Assembly (NCBI GenBank): GCA_965637545.1
Contig: OZ281494.1
Location: 2,418,001-2,482,000, forward strand
Length of the DNA stretch: 64,000 nt
Source of the DNA: Phallusia mammillata
Taxonomy: Eukaryota
Direction of reading: 5' to 3'
Below are positions 33,641-47,500 of this stretch, piece by piece. The notes beneath the pieces are model-generated. The model worked only from the letters and a program-made list of their open reading frames with translations. It was not told the DNA's origin and made no database searches. A program made the translations under genes and the position numbers. How positions within the stretch are numbered: the first letter of the stretch is position 1; each line of letters begins with the position of its first letter.

Positions 33641-36600
33641 ATCTAACGCATTCTGTGGCAGATTGAAGGGGAATGTAAACTGAGGTAGGCCTACAGCTAA
33701 TTAAGGGCCCACAATCAACAAGCCTCCAACCCCTGAGTTGCATTCATATGCTCCATTAATGACAACTTTAAATTTAAATGAATAAATATCTATGAATCGG
33801 GTTCCTTTCCAAGAGTCATGGGCCCCGATTAAACTCGCAAAAGCACAGGTTACCCGTGTTTGCTTTATCGCCCAAGCTTATTCCGCATGTTGGCGCCAGA
33901 GAACAGCTCAGAATTCTGGATGCGATCATTTTTATCTTTAGATTAGCCAACGGAAGTCCGTTATCAGTCAAAAATACCCGCCCGACAATAAGATGCCTGC
34001 ACCAATTTAGTATGATGTCACAATCTTATATGCAACCCGTGAATTTATGACAATCATTTTTTTGTTTAAAAGATCCGAGTCTCACTGGGATTAGAACCCA
34101 TATCCTTACGAGTGTAGTTAGGTTGTATTTTCAACACTTAGGTAATAATTGCATCACAAATATTTTGTAATAATTGCATCACAAATATGTTTTGTGCTTT
34201 CAATGGAAACAAAGAAATTCGCACGCCTCTAAAATTATCTTACAGGTGGAAAAAATAGGTACGTCTAAAACCATATTGAGCCCTGTTCAAATCTTCAGCC
34301 ATTTAATTTGCTGAGTCATGAAACAATTTATATCAGGCTACAAATATGCTGTGTAACAAAATGTCAATAGGTCAGTCAATTATAACTACTGCCTTCATTT
34401 AGGCTTCACTAATATTATACTACATCTTATTTACCAACATACTGACGTCATTGCATTGTGACATAACTGTAGTGTCCGTGTTAATACGGAGAATTTGTGA
34501 TAGGTTGAACGGAAAACGACGTAATGCATCGATTTATCAGTCTGTTCCGCTAAGGTACAGGTGATATATTGGTTGTCAATACAGCGTTGTCTTTGCGGTA
34601 TGGTCTTAACTTGAAAAAAATAAAGTGACGGCTTAAAAAGGTTGCGTTCTGCAAGACGGTCATTAATCTACTTTTAAACTGCAGAAGTCGGGTATGTGGT
34701 ATTAAAAGTTTAATCGCATTAGCAGCTAATACAGATATACCTGTGTAAAGATAGAATGTAAATGGTATCTGCGTGAGTTTTGTCAAGCTCATGTGTCTAT
34801 AATTGAGTAAAACGAGCAGGAATAATGCTTCACTGAATGTGGTAACTGCCAATTTCACCTAATTTTGTGCAACACGTTTGTAAAATCTTTCAATTTAGCC
34901 GCACGTTTAGTTAAAGAATATAACTCAAAATTATAAGGAAAGCGAAAGAAACTAAGCTAATTTATTTAGTGTGGTATTTTTAGGGTTCGACCAAATACTT
35001 ACGAGCTACTTGAGAGTTCCCACGGGTTTCATTCACAAATTTGTGTTGAAAATCTTTATAAAGGCACGTTCAAAGCATGGACGAAACTAGGCTTGTCCCT
35101 AAATTTTGTATTTTTTACTACAATGTATAGCAGAGGTCGGTAAGCTTTAGAACTTAGGGTGCCAATTTTTCACGTGTTTCGTAGGTTTTATGTAAGTTCG
35201 AGCAGCAGATCAGTACGTGTAGGCCGCGATTTTAGTATTGCAAATTATAACAAAATAAAAAGCAAAATTGTACTGAAAGAACTTTCCAATCGCTCAGCGT
35301 GCCACGGCCTGCTTGCAGTCAAAAATGCTTGTTTGATTGGAAAACTTAGTGGGCGAAGCATTGCTGCCTTGTGTTGTTCTAATAATGAGTTCGCCGACCA
35401 ACCGCATTAAAATGTTAGTTTTTTTTCAAAATGTTAAATGTTATCTAGATGGGGTGCATCGTAATGTACTTGATAGGAGCATTTCTCCTATAATGGCAGT
35501 TGACTGAATCAAATTGCAGAAAATCGGGCTGAACAGTGAACAATGTTGTTACTTTTTTGCAGTTTAAGTTATCAGAAGCAAAAACTCTTGTGGTGAAAAG
35601 ACGCTACCAAGCAAAAAGACTGAAAAAAATCAAAGACTGAAAAAAATCAATAGAGAAAATCATTTAGACATTTTTTCACCGCCCTTGGACAACATGGGAG
35701 ACATAATTGAAGCAATATCAACATTTTACCGATTACTCCATGCTACCCTTTTACTTGCAAGCCTGATCAAGCTTGTATTAATTGTTATGATCATCTTCAA
35801 GTTAAGGGAGAGAATGTTTCGGTTTATCAAATACTCGCTCAAGTATTCCACATTTGTGTTGGTTTCATTGTTGGTGTTTCTCTTCACCAAAGTCAAGCGA
35901 CAAAAACAAAACTGATGCTTCTTGGTTCAAAAACATTTTGTAAAAAAGAGCCATGTTACATGCTTTTGTACCTTTATGGCATTTCAAACTTGAAATCATG
36001 AAATTCGTACTTTAGTTTGCCACTTAAACGGTTTGAAATGAAAGGTAGTATGATTTATAATTTAAATGGTATGAAGCATGGTGCGTCTGTGTTATACCAC
36101 AACTTCACTTTCTATTAGGTTGTTCCGACATAGAATTGAAATTTTAATTATAAGAAGCAAGACCTTAAGTTAGTAACTAAACAATCAACTAAACCCAGGG
36201 ATCCAAAAGTCATGATTCAAATTTAGGGTGCAAGATTTACTTTAATTGTGTACACACAATGATGAACTTTAAGGTTGCATAAGTGCATGGAACTTATGTA
36301 CATGAACACCATGAGTTTTCTCTTCTCACCTTCGCTTGTATTATACATGTGGTTTTGTGTCTGACAATGTATTTGCCAATGTTTATTTGTTGCATCACAG
36401 AGGGTAACATGTCAATAGTTTGCAGCAAAGGAGTTAATTATCAGTGCTATTATTTGGGTAATGGCTTAATCTATTATCTTGAAAAAGGTTTAAATTTTTC
36501 ACAAGACAAAGTAGATTACACACAAACTTTTGCTTTCATGCACTTTCGAACACAAGATTTTAGGACCTATTTTTCTGGGTCATACCAAAATGTATTTGTA

Positions 36601-36733
36601 CACCACTACTGCAACAGTTATTAAGCTCATTTCTGTTCGAAATAAATGAAAATAATCAAAATAGAACAACATAGTTTTACCTTTTATTTTCATGAGATTA
36701 CGAAGTTTGCAAAAACACTCAAATCAACAGGAA

Positions 36734-37972
36734 CTATTTGCGCTTGACAAACTTGCGGCCAACTGCGTTCGGATTTCTATGGCCTCGAGGATGTTGTTGC
36801 CCAGATCTCACACCCAAGCGAAAAGCGCGGCTGTTCACTTCATTTGTGATAAAAGGAGATGAATTACAATCATAATCATCACTCCATACATTGGTTTTCT
36901 GCAAAGCCTTGCGACTCAACCTGTCGTGTGGGAACCTCTGATCCTCACATAATAATGGATTGTGAGCATGCTTTCCACCTTGTGGTGTGGGAAGGGAATA
37001 ACGAAGTCCACGAGGATTTAGAACTTTTGGGTTTCGAGAAAAGAACATTTTCATCGTCCCATCTTCCTGGATTTCCACAGGGACTCGTTTTAAAGTTTTG
37101 TTCCCACATTTTGGACAGAAGATTTTATCCATGATTTTGGTAACATGAAAGCAAGCATGGCACCGAAGTACATAGCTTCTAGCTGTTTTAATTCGCATTC
37201 CGTCAACAGACAGTACCTGTAGATTCATTTGTATGAGAACATTCTGCATTGCAAAATCTGTTGTGAGACATGCAACACTTGTGTCCTGCTCCTGTAAGTC
37301 TTCAAGCTGTTCTTCTTTCATTTCCTGCAGCATCCCAGGAGTGATCCAACCATCAGTGTCCTCTTCTTCATCATCTGCTTGTTCATCCGAGTCTATTTCA
37401 TCCTCTCCAGATTCTGTCTTCTCCTCAGGAGCAACATCAGGAATTTGTAAATCATGATCTGCTGTTTCTTCTGTTTGAATGGTTATACTTTCAAACTTAT
37501 CAGTCAAGTTATTCTCATTTTCATCATTTGCTTTATCTTCACTTGTTTTTTCGTTTGCTATTTCCTTTGATTTATTTTTGTTTGGCAAATAAAATCCAAG
37601 TAGTTCAGTTTCTTTGATCGGTTTACGTCCCAACTCGATTTGGTTCTTAGCTTTAATATCTTCCTTAATTTTGTCTTTGGAGCCATGAAGGGAAGTTAAC
37701 TCATATGTTAAAGCAAGAACTTTAATGTCTGTGTGTGAAAGACTGCCATAATCTCCTGTTTTCTTTGAAACTTCTGTGATTTTTTGGATTGATTCCGTTC
37801 CTGGTTGTTTGTAGTTGATCTGATACGGAAGAGCGGCTAATCTTTGCTTCGTAGCTTTATCTTTGATTTCAGAAATCACCTCTGGGATAGTATAGATAGA
37901 ACTTCCCAATTGGTACAAATCAGCATTTCTTATAAATGCACCAGAATCCGCTATTAAATATTCCACTTTCAT
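36734..37972 (-). CDS. NOB1: RNA-binding protein NOB1 (18S rRNA site D endonuclease), single-exon CDS, 412 aa
   Basis: PIN domain start (LIADSGAFIR...EVISEIKD...TGDYGSLSHTDIKVLAL), GWITP motif, VACLTTDFAMQNVLIQM, Zn ribbon RCHACF...FCPKCGNKTL, RGLRYSLPTPQGGKH; AATAAA on the minus strand at 36683-36688. Confidence 0.97.
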   Translation of the reverse strand: MKVEYLIADSGAFIRNADLYQLGSSIYTIPEVISEIKDKATKQRLAALPYQINYKQPGTESIQKITEVSKKTGDYGSLSHTDIKVLALTYELTSLHGSKDKIKEDIKAKNQIELGRKPIKETELLGFYLPNKNKSKEIANEKTSEDKANDENENNLTDKFESITIQTEETADHDLQIPDVAPEEKTESGEDEIDSDEQADDEEEDTDGWITPGMLQEMKEEQLEDLQEQDTSVACLTTDFAMQNVLIQMNLQVLSVDGMRIKTARSYVLRCHACFHVTKIMDKIFCPKCGNKTLKRVPVEIQEDGTMKMFFSRNPKVLNPRGLRYSLPTPQGGKHAHNPLLCEDQRFPHDRLSRKALQKTNVWSDDYDCNSSPFITNEVNSRAFRLGVRSGQQHPRGHRNPNAVGRKFVKRK

Positions 37973-37996
37973 AGTGAAGAATTTTTCAACAAATTC

Positions 37997-39047
37997 CTGC
38001 TAAAATCAAACAAATGTCGGGCAAACAACAAATAGCCAGGATGATTAGACTTGAATTAACTGAGAGTATTTAAACTGAACAGTATCTGACCCTGAATTAA
38101 GATAGCTTAATATTAATTGTGGAAATAGAACTAAGATGCAGAAATTAACAAAATATCACCCAAAATTAAACAGTTAAAAACGCATTTTTAGACAATTAAA
38201 TCTAACTCAAATTTATTTACGTTTGGCCATTTCCAATAATACCTCTATTTTAATATATAGCTCACTAGCTCGACACGTTTCAAATAAATCTAATTTCATA
38301 ACTAAAGGTCAGCACCAAAAAGCTATATTTTAACAAAATTACTTTGCAATTTTTATTCCAATTCCAATCCAAACACATGTTTATTTTACACTCATCTAGC
38401 TTAATTACTTCGTATGAGGTCTGTGTATATGTCATTTTTTTGGGGAACTTTGAAATCATAAAAGTCAAAAATATTGATATGAATGCCAATCAGCTTTTAT
38501 ATCAAGCAGAAAAGGGTATTTAAATCAAATAAGTAAAAAATAACAGATAAACACTCGAATTTCAAATCCAGTTCAAGTATATACGTCTGTCAAAATTTGT
38601 TTTATTGTGTGTAGTGTAGATCAAGAATCTTTTAACCCCTAGAAATTTGCATCAAGTCAACAGCAAAAACTATGTTAAATGTTTTGTAAAGTTGTCGGTA
38701 CTAAAATACAATTTATTTTCACCTTGTGGCTGTTTTTTTTTAAATGTTTGTCACCAGAGGGGGGAAACAAGCAAGGGGGAGAAACAAATTTCCTGATCGG
38801 GAATTTTTGTTTTTTGAAATGATTTATTGTTTGTAATTCCTGGTCTTGGCTTTGTGCGAAATTGACGATCAAAATGTGTTTTTAAACTGTTTCGTGTCTG
38901 GATTTTGCCTATATGTCTATACATGATTTCTTGGTTTTAGATTGATAATAAATATGATAATAAAGAAAGTAAAACGTTTGGTTCTGTTTCGTTTTCCTGT
39001 GTTTCAATTAAATTATTAAAAGCTAACTTCTGTCAAAAACTTTTCAG
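37997..39047. promoter_or_regulatory. Putative bidirectional promoter / 5' region shared by NOB1 and ZCCHC8
   Basis: Head-to-head start codons about 1.09 kb apart (37972 and 39060); small palindrome AAATTTCCTGATCGGGAATTT near 38787-38807. TSSs cannot be placed from sequence alone. Confidence 0.55.
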
Positions 39048-39059
39048 ACGTTATAGGCG

Positions 39060-42000
39060 ATGTCTGTATTTGCTGAAGAAAGCTTGTTTAATGAGTTTGA
39101 GGAAAATGGTGAAGAATCAAGTGGAGATGAAAGTGATGGTGAAGAGGATTTCAACTCTGTGTTAGACGAATATAAAGAAGAAAATTCAAAGCTTAAACAA
39201 GAAAATATCCTTCAAAACACATTTGACATAATAACATTGTACAATTTATTGCTAAATATTTTTTATTAGGTGATTAAGTGAGCACTGTTTTATGAAATAA
39301 ATCTCTGCCAATTTAAATCATTCCAAAAAACATGAGTTTGAAAATAGTAAATCATCATTTGATATCAAATGTTAAATAGTTACTCCTTAGCAAATGCTTA
39401 CACGAAGAATTGAAAAAGGCATTGCGCATTATCACACAACCTGCAAATTTGAAAGTTCGTGATTCTGATGCTGATGGACCTGTGGCTCAGATACTTCTTT
39501 TCAACAATGTTTGCAACAACAGGTAACATTTGTGTTATATATTTTCAGAAACCAATTTTTAACAGCAGTGTTACATATGATTGATGCATAATTATATATA
39601 TTTAAGGAACCGTTTGTGTATTATGTTAGGAAAGCTTTTTTTAGTATCGGTTAATATTAGTATTTCGAACCATCACTTAATACATGATTTGCAGTTCAGT
39701 TTATTTTGTTTTTATGTGTTTCAAACATTTGAACTTTTGATTGTAGTAAAGATGCATTTCTCTAAAACAGGCCAACTTGCATTGATCAACCACATGAAAA
39801 TTCTTTTTTGACAGACAACAAGTTGAAGAGATCAAAAAGTTTTTGAGCACAATATCAACGAACCATTATCACCAAAGAGATGAATTTGCCGTTATGCAGC
39901 CCCAAACATCGGCTGTGCAATTTCCAAGTTACCAGCGTAAGTCGTATATGCCCGAAAAAAGCAGCAGAGACAAGAGACGAGCGCAGAAAGCTTACATGGT
40001 AACAAGAAGTTTCCAAGTTTTCAATGAAAAATTCTATATGGATCAGCTTGGCGAACCGTTGCAGGTATTTTTCTAACTTTATGTGTCCAATTATGTTAGC
40101 AGTGGTATTAAGGTGAGCTTGGTTTTGCAGAGAAATGAAAGGACTGACTGTGCAATTCCTGATTATGATCGGGCATATTACGATACACTTGATGGTGAAA
40201 TTGAAGTACCAGAGACAGATCCACATGCATTTTCGTAAGTCTATACCAAAATCTGCATACATTCTGATCTTGAGAATTAACAGGAACAGAAAAGTTTTCC
40301 TTTGAACATTACCCCCAAAAAATATTTGTTTTGCTAGTAACTATTTTTGTGTGATTCGTAAGCATGATTTTTTTGATGAAATTACTGTATTTTAGGAAAG
40401 TCAGTCGTATGTGTTTTAACTGTGGGATGAAAGATCATCAGGTAAAGGATTGTCCTTCACCAAGAGATCAGAGAGGAATTAATCAGAGAAGACAGGTACT
40501 TTGTAATCAATAGCTGTGGACCTATGTTTCATATGTTTGATTTTGTTTCAACTTTTGTTTATTGTTTACAATGTTTGATTTTTGTTGAGCACACAAAATA
40601 CTGGGTTACCGCCTGTGTTTACCCCTTTTCGTTTTGTGATAATGACAACAAACACAACTTTTGCTTTTTTAGCAATTTTTGGACAAAGTGTCCAATTCCC
40701 CACAAGCTGGCTCGACACGTTATCATGCAGACAAGGAAATAGATGAATCGGATCCAAGATTTGCAAGTTTCAAGCCTGGAGTGATCAGGTAAACATTGAG
40801 GTTTATATTTTACCAAGTATGTAGTTTGATGAACGGTGACATAACACTACTGCACACTGCACCAATGAAACAGTGTTTTTAACACTAAGTGAAATGGGTG
40901 ATTTCACAACCAGTCCACCACCCTAAGGTGTTTTTTTTTTCAATGTTTTCTGTATCTTAAATTGTCAAAAGTGACTTGAATGGCTTAAGAAATACTGTGA
41001 TAAAGTGCTGGGGATGCTTCCAGTTTAAACAATTATAAATTTATAACATTATCCACAGTTGAAGCACATAAATAAGCAAATATTTCACAACTTCAAAAGT
41101 TTTTAAAGTTGCATACTTTAAAGGTTTTGTAAAAGACATTGCATTTAGCCGTAACCTTTGACATGAAAAACAAAATAAATCCAATTTCCTTTGCATAACA
41201 AACCTCTCACTTATTTTCTTTACCATGTGTAGTGAGGCGTTACAAGAAGCGCTCGGTATGGAGCGTCACAACCTTCCACCTTACATCTATCAAATGCGAA
41301 TGCTGGGTTATCCACCAGGACATTTACACAACGCAAGATCAACGGTTTCTGGTCTCAACATGTACAACGGCACAGCAAACAAGAAAGACCTTTCAGGAGA
41401 CAGTGACACTGACGGAGGAGACGGTAACTTTATATTTGTGTAGTTCCCAGTTTATGTTGTAATTTTCGTATGCGTTGCTACATGATTTTATTGTTTTAGT
41501 TGTAGCATTAATGTTTTTAGTAGCATTGTGATCCAATACATGTAGGTTCTGTTGTTTTTGTTCTTTTGTTTGTATTCATGTCATGTTTATGTAAGGCAAT
41601 AAAAACAACAGTTCACATTTGAGTTCAAGTTGACATACACTTTCCTATTTCTAACAAATTTGTACAGTGGTAAATTTTGTTTTTCAGGTTTGGTGGATGT
41701 TGAGAAGATTATTGACTTTCCTGGTTTTAACACAAAACCCCCATCACACATATATGATGTAAGTTATAAAAACATACGGTTAACATTTACAAATAAGCAG
41801 TCTGAAATAATTCTTGTGGAGCACTTTACTTAACGTCACAACTTTACCACAACATCAAAATATGTGAAAAACCTAAATCCTAGTAAAGCAATTTGGGGAA
41901 TTATTTCTAAGTTTAAAGCAATTCTCATAATGCTTTGCACCTCTCACACTATGTTTGACAACATTTGTGTTAAAGCTAAAAGTAAACAGGTTTTCATTTG

Positions 42001-44517
42001 GATAAAGGCATTTCCAAATTTGTGGTAAAACACTTAAATGTAAACATATTAAATTTGTGCTTGCATAAACATATTTGTTTTGTTTCAATCAGGACCACAA
42101 AGAGAGAAATGCATTGCCAATGGATGAACGACATGACAAAGATATTATGATATCATATCACAGGCATCGCAACGACATATTACGGAGGTAACATGAAGCA
42201 ACGACACAAGAGAAATCTAGTGTGAATGACTAACTCCTAAAATACCTAACATGACTAAAACAGTTTGTTCATTGGCAGGCACAACTTTTCCTGTTGTACC
42301 ATGCATGAGCGCAAATATGCAACATTTGTAATCAAAGGTGCAACTGTTTCGTTTTTCTTAGCGACTTTAAACTGCACCCTGTCAAGGATTTTATAACCAT
42401 TAAATTGTTTATTTGAAATGCTATGTAGCAATTTTGTTGATAATGAGAACAAGCAATTTAGTCGCGTCTGTGTAAAGACAAACAAACTGCAGAGAATATA
42501 TCAGTGGTGTCAATATGTAGCTGTACATGCATGTTTTCACTGTTATGTGGTTTAAAAGTGGGATTGTGTTTTGTAACGAGTAATTACAGTATTGGAGGTG
42601 TCCAAAATATGACATAGGAATAACAGTTACCTTGTAATAAAACTGCTGAAAGAGAAACAATACGTAAAACACAAATCTTGTACAGAAAAATGGAAAAAGA
42701 AAACAAAGAAATTCGCTCAGCAAAGCGAAGGAAAATGAATGATCCTGAGGAGGAGTTGGTTGTGAGAGTGGAAGACAACATTAATGAAGTGGACATGGAC
42801 ATTGGCGGTGACAGTAAGTTTGCTCTGCTTTATAATATTGCAGTTTTTGCGATATTTAATTGCCCATATTGCTTTCTGGATTACCTGGTCTAGATGGGAC
42901 CAAATTTATAGAAAATTTACAGGTTGAACAAAAATGCATAAAATCACACATTCAGGCAACCTTTGACAGATAAAATGATATTTATGTTTAACACCATCGC
43001 CACCTCTGGAATGTAAAGCTATCTTAAAATTACAAGATTTAGGATTGATGTTTAAATGAATTGTTGATTAAAACATTTGGCAAACAGTACAAGACTTCAC
43101 AACAGTTTTTTGCCACACCATGACCTTTATAAGTCACAGAATAATTGTTTCAGTTATCAAGGTAAGCGTAAATGTGGAAGCTCTGTTGGTTCATAGTCGT
43201 GACATTAACTTATGTTCAACTTTTGTATTAATTAGGTCCCCAGCGAAATGAAGACGGATTAAAGCAAGCTCTGTTCCAGGATGATGCAGAAAATACCATA
43301 GAGGTAATCTATTGCAAATATATTTAAATCCAAAGTGTTTGTGACTTTCCCGGCAGTTTCCCAGCAAAATACATACAAGCCAATATCTGTGTAGAAAATA
43401 TAACAATGTTTTGAGTTTTCGACATCATCAGGTGAAGAAGTGCTAGACAGAAGAGTTATAGAAACCATATTGGTTGTATTTTTGCTAAGAATGTTTAAAA
43501 CCATGCATTGTGTACCTAAGTTAATGGTGTTGTTGTTAGCTTGTTTTAGTAAAATTGTAGTGTTATCTCACATTTTAGTACTTCACGAACAACTCAGCAA
43601 CTTTTTTTTTATTTGTGATGTATTTTTTCACTCATTAGATCATCGAAAGTGCTGATGGTGAAGTTGAGGAGGGAGAGATCGACGAAAATCCCCCGGAAAA
43701 CATCGAAGGTGGAGAGGTTGCCAACGAAAGTGACGAGGACTTTATTGAGGTGGTGGAAACTGGGGATCTCAGTGAAGAACAACTGAAGATCAGAAGAGAG
43801 ATCATCCTGAAAAAGCTTGAGGAACAGATGAAGTTGAAACAGGAAGATGAGGTCGTCATTGTGTCGTCCGAAACCGACCAATCAGTGATCTTGGTTGAGT
43901 CGGACAGTGATTCCGACCAGATGATGTCGATGGACAAAGATGCCGCGAGCCAAGAACCTGGGATTCGAGAGAATATGTTCCAGGGGATAAATGATGAGGA
44001 TCAACGTGATTCGGATTCTGTTAAAGTAGAAGAGATTTTGGTTGAAGAAGAGACATATGAGGAAAGTGGAATAGCAACAAACAATGATGATAATGGTGCT
44101 ATGGAAAATATGCCTGATGTTATCACTGAAGTCCACACAGAGATTGTAAAAAGCCCAGAATCAATTGTTGATTGTACTCAAGATGAAAACCCTGAAACTT
44201 TTTGTGAGAATTCAAATCAGGAAGACTCATATCAATATGAACCTTCACCCAAAACAATCCAATCACCTATTCATTGCAAGAATCTACCTAATAATGGAGA
44301 AAATGCGAGTACAAGTTTAACGGAAGAAAACTCGGGTTCACCATTAAATGATGAATCACTAGAAGTTTCAGCTAAGGGACTTCCCCACCGTTCGAAATTT
44401 GCCAAAGGTGTAACGCAGTTCGATGCATATTACACCGAAACCAAATCGAGTGGGGTTTTCAACAAACTGCGTGGTCTGTTAAAAAATTCACCAATTCGAC
44501 AAAGCAAGGGGTCTTAG
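39060..44517 (+). CDS. ZCCHC8: Zinc finger CCHC domain-containing protein 8 (NEXT complex scaffold), 12 exons, about 755 aa
   Basis: Exons 39060-39204, 39402-39522, 39815-40064, 40131-40234, 40396-40495, 40673-40788, 41233-41423, 41688-41758, 42093-42187, 42686-42813, 43236-43303, 43639-44517 (2268 nt). Zinc knuckle CFNCGMKDHQVKDCP, PSP domain FKPGVISEALQEALG...LPPYIYQMRMLGYPPG, C-terminal LPHRSKFAKGVTQF...SSGVFNKLRGLLKNSP resembling the MTR4-binding tail. Confidence 0.93.
39205..39401 (+). other. U12-type (minor spliceosome) AT-AC intron, ZCCHC8 intron 1
   Basis: 5' site ATATCCTT at 39205, branch-like TACTCCTTAGC at 39381-39391, 3' AC at 39400-39401; removal restores the frame (KQE-N-EELKKALRII). 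Confidence 0.9.
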
Positions 44518-47500
44518 ATGTGATGTTGTTTCTCATTCAAAGTAATCGGTTTAGTTTGCTGCTTTGTGTTCAAAACTTATCAAAGTGATATTTATTCAAA
44601 GTAAACTATTTTATGTTGCTGAGATCAAATATGCATTTTGTAACACTTGGCCGACTTCTTTTGTATGAAATAAAGTTTTCAAACGACTTTAGAAAGTTTG
44701 CTATTGGTTCAAGTATTGTGCAAATGCATTACCTTTTTGCATTATGAATAAATGTGAAACTTTGACAGGTTTAATGTTTTTTACTCTGCTCAAAATAAAC
44801 CACAGTTTGCAACATCATAACTGGAAAAGTTTAGTACCCAAGCAGGTATAGTGTGGAAGTGAATAAAGTTTTCAATTTTGTATCTTTGTGAAGTGACAAA
44901 AGATTGTTGAAAGTCAGTTTAGGTTTATTTTATTTTTCAAAAGATTCCAACTGCATTCTGTTAAACTGGAGAGAGGCAACTGAATTGGAGACAATTCTGA
45001 TCAAATGTATTCTTTATTTGCCTTTTTTCCTTTTAATTCAATAAAACTGATAATAGGAATGGAGTAGATAGTAAAACATACCTTGGGATTAACCACAATC
45101 AACTTTCAATTTACCCACATGCAGTCAATCTCACTAACTTGACTGAAATACCTCACTGACCTCAAACACACAATCACATTTCTTATCATTTGTGCAATAC
45201 ATCAAAAGATCAGCCATTTATTTTCAATGGAAAGCTACAAAGAGGGTGATAATGGTGGGGTTAAAGGGTATAGGGTTGGTATATGACCACTGATATTTAA
45301 TACGAGTTCAGTTGTTTAAAACTGTTTCTGCATTTTTAACAGTTGAATCAGAACACCATGGATTTGAGGGGGTTTGGGTGGGAAATAAGGGGGTGCGTGT
45401 GCGTCACAGTTAGCACGTTACAAGAGGTGGCTTATGGTGAAGTACAATGAAAGCAGTCGATGGATATGATAAACAAAGACTGGCTAGGAGGAAAGCAAAG
45501 AAAAAGCGGCAACTACATGAAAAAGCCCGCTGCAAAAACACAAACAAACGAAAAGCACAAAAACTGTAAAATCATGCAGGATAACCCAATTAAAAGAAAA
45601 AATACAAAATGACAACCACAAAAAAATGGGTACTACTGCTAAAGCTAAATGTAAAAGACGCTAAAAGTGTTTTTACAAGTCCCAGACGGGCCGGGTTGGT
45701 AATGTATTGCACACATATACAGCGTAACTACACTATTTGTTAAGCTCAACAGTATTAGTATTGGTGAGGTTGGAAAATATGGGGAGTCAATTCATAAACC
45801 GAAATTTTGATGAAAAACACACATTTTGGTTCAGTTATTTTTATGCAGATTCAGAAAACCTGCTGCCTAATCATAAAATTCATTATGTTTTATCATTTGG
45901 AATAATGGCATGGATTGCTCCTAATGGAACAAAAATGAGTGTTCGTAAAGTGGCAGTGCTCAATTAGCAACAAAATGATGAATGGCACAGATCGCATCGT
46001 CAAATTTTGAAATGTTTAACAAACACACTGAGGATTTCAATTTACGCAACAAGTCATGTTATTACTTCTTGTTTAAAATTCAAATTTCGCCAAAACTTAA
46101 ATTAATTTCATCATAACACTTCCTAACAAGCTTTAGTCTATGACCGTGATAAACAAAAAAGCCACGCTGCGTATTCATGCTACAAAGAAGCGGGCATACG
46201 TGGGCATAAAATGTACAACATACAAGCATGGTGGTAAATCACAGGAAAAATTGGCAATTAACACAGAAGATTACAGCACCGCTACGTACATCGGGATTAA
46301 ATACACACAAAATGATACAAGTGTATATGCCTTGAACTTCTACAAACTGGCAACAGCATGCAAATCTGGTTCACAAATAATACTCTACTAGGGATATAAT
46401 GGCCCACAGCCCAATACATGGTTTATAAATTCCAAACTAATATCCTTCAGAATATAAGCCTTATTTCATAGCAGGGAAATTTTGGGAAACACTAAAATGT
46501 TTATATTTTTTTTGTTTTTTTTAGTATAACTTATAGCCAGAATCAAAACACCCACAACTTTATCTTTACAACTACTAAAAATTACCGAAACAAAGTCCAT
46601 TCACGAAAATTACCTAACCACTGCAGCAAACTCGGACAATCGAGTAAGAGTGGTTCACACAAACAACATATTTTGCCCATACCTCCGTGACATCAAACTC
46701 TTTGCCCATTAGAGGGCGCCAGGCTTTTCGCCATAAAAAACACAAAAAATCAACAATAACATACCGACCAACAACTGGAGCAATAAAGGCACACTAAACC
46801 AGCACAACATATAAGGAGAGAGAGAGGTTTAATTTTCAAGCACTTACAGTGACTAAGAATTAGGAAAGCAACACTATAAATTGTGTCCGTTGCTGTAGCA
46901 TGGTAGCTAATACTAGCGACTGTAAGCGAGGCTTTTTATAGTTCAAATTAACTGCAGTACATAAGCACAAGCACTCTAAAGTTTGGTCTCTGTGTTTGAT
47001 ACAAATTGAAAACTTTCAGATGCTAATGAATCATTATAAGGATCATTTAAAAAATTTGAGTCACCAAGAAACACCAAGCGTGAAGAAAAATGCTTTTGGG
47101 TGGGCAAAAGACATTTTTTACTTCATAGTATTCGACCAAAATTTTGAGACAGTTTAAACTTATACAGGTAGCATAACAAACACTTTCCAAACAACGTCAC
47201 TGGTCTGTGTATAGTCCAGCACAATTATCAACACAGACGACGGGCCTTGCTGAAGTTTGTACATATTTTTCAGCAGATCGGCCATTAAAGAGACAAATTC
47301 ATAATAGCAGCAAAACAGCATGACAGACTAGTGTACTACAAAGCACAAATATGCTTAACAATACGCATATGGAGTAATAAGCGCGAACAACACAATCTTC
47401 GACTCTTGCTACTGTCGGGTTATAGGAAATTCCAAAGCATGGACAATATCTAGGTTAAATCGCACAAAATCGACAAATGCACATTACATGTTGTTGCTCA

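Noticed and set aside
33100-36700. Additional gene between the CARD/SAM gene and NOB1
   Set aside because: Only short ORFs without a coherent exon chain or recognisable motifs; MITE/SINE debris is present.
43410-43436. Minus-strand CTGATGA-TGTC-GAAA resembling a hammerhead core in a ZCCHC8 intron
   Set aside because: No room for stem II and no complementary stem I; likely chance.
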